DNA from: Candidatus Altiarchaeota archaeon
GTDB taxonomy: Archaea > Altiarchaeota > Altiarchaeia > IMC4 > SCGC-AAA252-I15
Direction: 5' to 3'
Assembly: GCA_043804895.1 (NCBI GenBank)
Contig: JAZDIN010000040.1
Span: forward strand, 1 to 17,471
Length of the DNA stretch: 17,471 nucleotides
A program made the position numbers and the translations under genes. Below, piece after piece: positions 16,407 through 17,471 of this stretch; position 1 is the stretch's first letter; each line of letters starts with the position of its first letter. Below the pieces are notes generated by a model. It was not told the DNA's origin. It worked only from the letters and a program-made list of their open reading frames with translations, and ran no database searches.

Positions 16407-16846
16407 CTGATTTTTTTTAGTATCCCGTCAACCTTCTTCACAGTCAACTGATTGTATACTATGTCGTCTATCATCATGTTAGGTGATGACGAGCAGGCAC
16501 CGAGGCAGTTGACGAACTGGAGTGTGAACTTGCCATCTTTTGTCGTCTGCCTGTCCCGTATGCCAAGTTTCTTTGTTATGTGCTCGTGGATTTCGTCGGA
16601 GCCTTTGGCGTGGCATGTCGTGCCAGTGCATACCCGTATTATGTGCTTGCCTGGAGGCTTGAGCTTGAAGTCGGAGTAGAATGTGACGACACCGTAGATT
16701 TCGACTAGGGGTATCCTCAGCTTCTGCTCCACCCTGCGCATATGCTCTTCTGAGACGTAGCCGTAAGCCTCCTGTATGTCCTCAAGGACTGCGATGAGGT
16801 CAGAACGGCCAGAGTATCTGGAGATTATATCATCCAGTGAAACCAT
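16403..16846 (-). CDS. hydC: NuoE-like [2Fe-2S] hydrogenase subunit
   Basis: YGVVTFYS, CTGTTCHAKG, CLGACSSSP. ATGA overlap with hydB. Confidence 0.93.
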   Translation of the reverse strand: MVSLDDIISRYSGRSDLIAVLEDIQEAYGYVSEEHMRRVEQKLRIPLVEIYGVVTFYSDFKLKPPGKHIIRVCTGTTCHAKGSDEIHEHITKKLGIRDRQTTKDGKFTLQFVNCLGACSSSPNMMIDDIVYNQLTVKKVDGILKKIR

Positions 16847-16869
16847 CCAGGTATAATGTATTTGTATAA

Positions 16870-16965
16870 ATAAATATCCACAGGCTAAAGCCTGTGGTAT
16901 TTATAAGAAAGCCATGCAACCCACATTCATCCACAATATTAATATTGTGGTATTCTGTGGCTTTC
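16870..16965 (-). mobile_element. Non-autonomous IS200/IS605-like palindromic mini-element, copy 1
   Basis: ATAAATAT-CCACAGGCT-AA-AGCCTGTGG-TATT hairpin. GAAAGCCA/TGGCTTTC inverted repeat enclosing ACATTCAT-CCACAATATTAATATTGTGG-TATTC. Confidence 0.6.
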
Positions 16966-16968
16966 GGT

Positions 16969-17123
16969 ATAAATATCCGCATCCTGAAGGCTGCGGTATT
17001 CTCTCGGGTTCAGCAGTACGGACATTCATCCTCCGCTTAAATATTCAGCAGCCACGGGCTGTTTAATGTGTCTGAAAGCAGACAGCTCTCACCCACATGC
17101 AGAGGTATTCTGCTGAACCCTCG
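16969..17123 (-). mobile_element. Non-autonomous IS200/IS605-like palindromic mini-element, copy 2, with a structured insert
   Basis: ATAAATAT-CCGCATCCT-GA-AGGCTGCGG-TATT hairpin. GGGTTCAGCAG/CTGCTGAACCC inverted repeat enclosing ACATTCAT-CCTCCGC...GCAGAGG-TATTC. Confidence 0.6.
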
Positions 17124-17134
17124 ATAAAAGGTAG

Positions 17135-17471
17135 TTATATGTTCTTCTCCAGGTACTTTCTGAAGACTCCGCTGACGGATTGGTCGCGGAATACCAGCTC
17201 AGTGTGGGGGTAGGCTATGACGACCCTCCCCTTGTTTTCGGGCATGTTGAATAGTTCGAGTATGCGATCGGATATATCTGACTTCACCTGCCGCCTCTTA
17301 GTAGCACGACAGGTATATTTAACGTGGAATACCACAGATGAATCCGACAGGCTAGTATACACCACCGGGCCTCCGGTCAACTCCGTCTCCTGGGGGGTGC
17401 CATAGAGGTATGGCCTCATCCGCTCCACAGCCCTCTTCATCGACTCCCCGACAACGTCTTCCGCAGCCGTT
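17135..17471 (-). CDS. mscS: Small-conductance mechanosensitive channel family protein, C-terminal part (runs off the window)
   Basis: Frame is open to the window edge. P-V...LSDSSVVFHVKY...SDISDRILELF...VVIAYPHTEL matches the MscS C-terminal domain pattern. Confidence 0.75.
   Translation of the reverse strand, partial: TAAEDVVGESMKRAVERMRPYLYGTPQETELTGGPVVYTSLSDSSVVFHVKYTCRATKRRQVKSDISDRILELFNMPENKGRVVIAYPHTELVFRDQSVSGVFRKYLEKNI

Overview
Archaeal chromosomal segment. Evidence for an archaeon: archaeal-type LeuRS and Asd, an intron-containing tRNA-Ser(GGA) with no encoded CCA, and TATA-like boxes about 25-30 nt upstream of start codons. A DPANN/Altiarchaeota-like lineage is my inference, not verified. 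Gene order: partial Ca2+/H+ antiporter, tRNA-Ser, Cys-rich membrane-anchored protein, leuS, HD protein, ABC exporter pair, class I/II aminotransferase, orphan protein, soluble histidine kinase, asd, PHP protein, ECF S-component-like membrane protein, trimeric [FeFe]-hydrogenase operon (hydCBA, minus strand) and a partial MscS channel. Most unusual signals: (1) both ends of the tRNA carry homologous, mirror-oriented 86-87 bp cassettes whose hairpin arms are tailored to the adjacent tRNA terminus, plus a third 55 bp unit; (2) an archaeal HydABC whose HydB lacks the C-terminal ferredoxin domain and has altered FMN/NAD motifs, with no maturases in the window and a lone S-component-like gene tail-to-tail with hydA; (3) two tandem covarying IS200/IS605-like mini-elements abutting the hyd promoter; (4) a histidine kinase with an N-terminal His-less duplicate of its own DHp domain.
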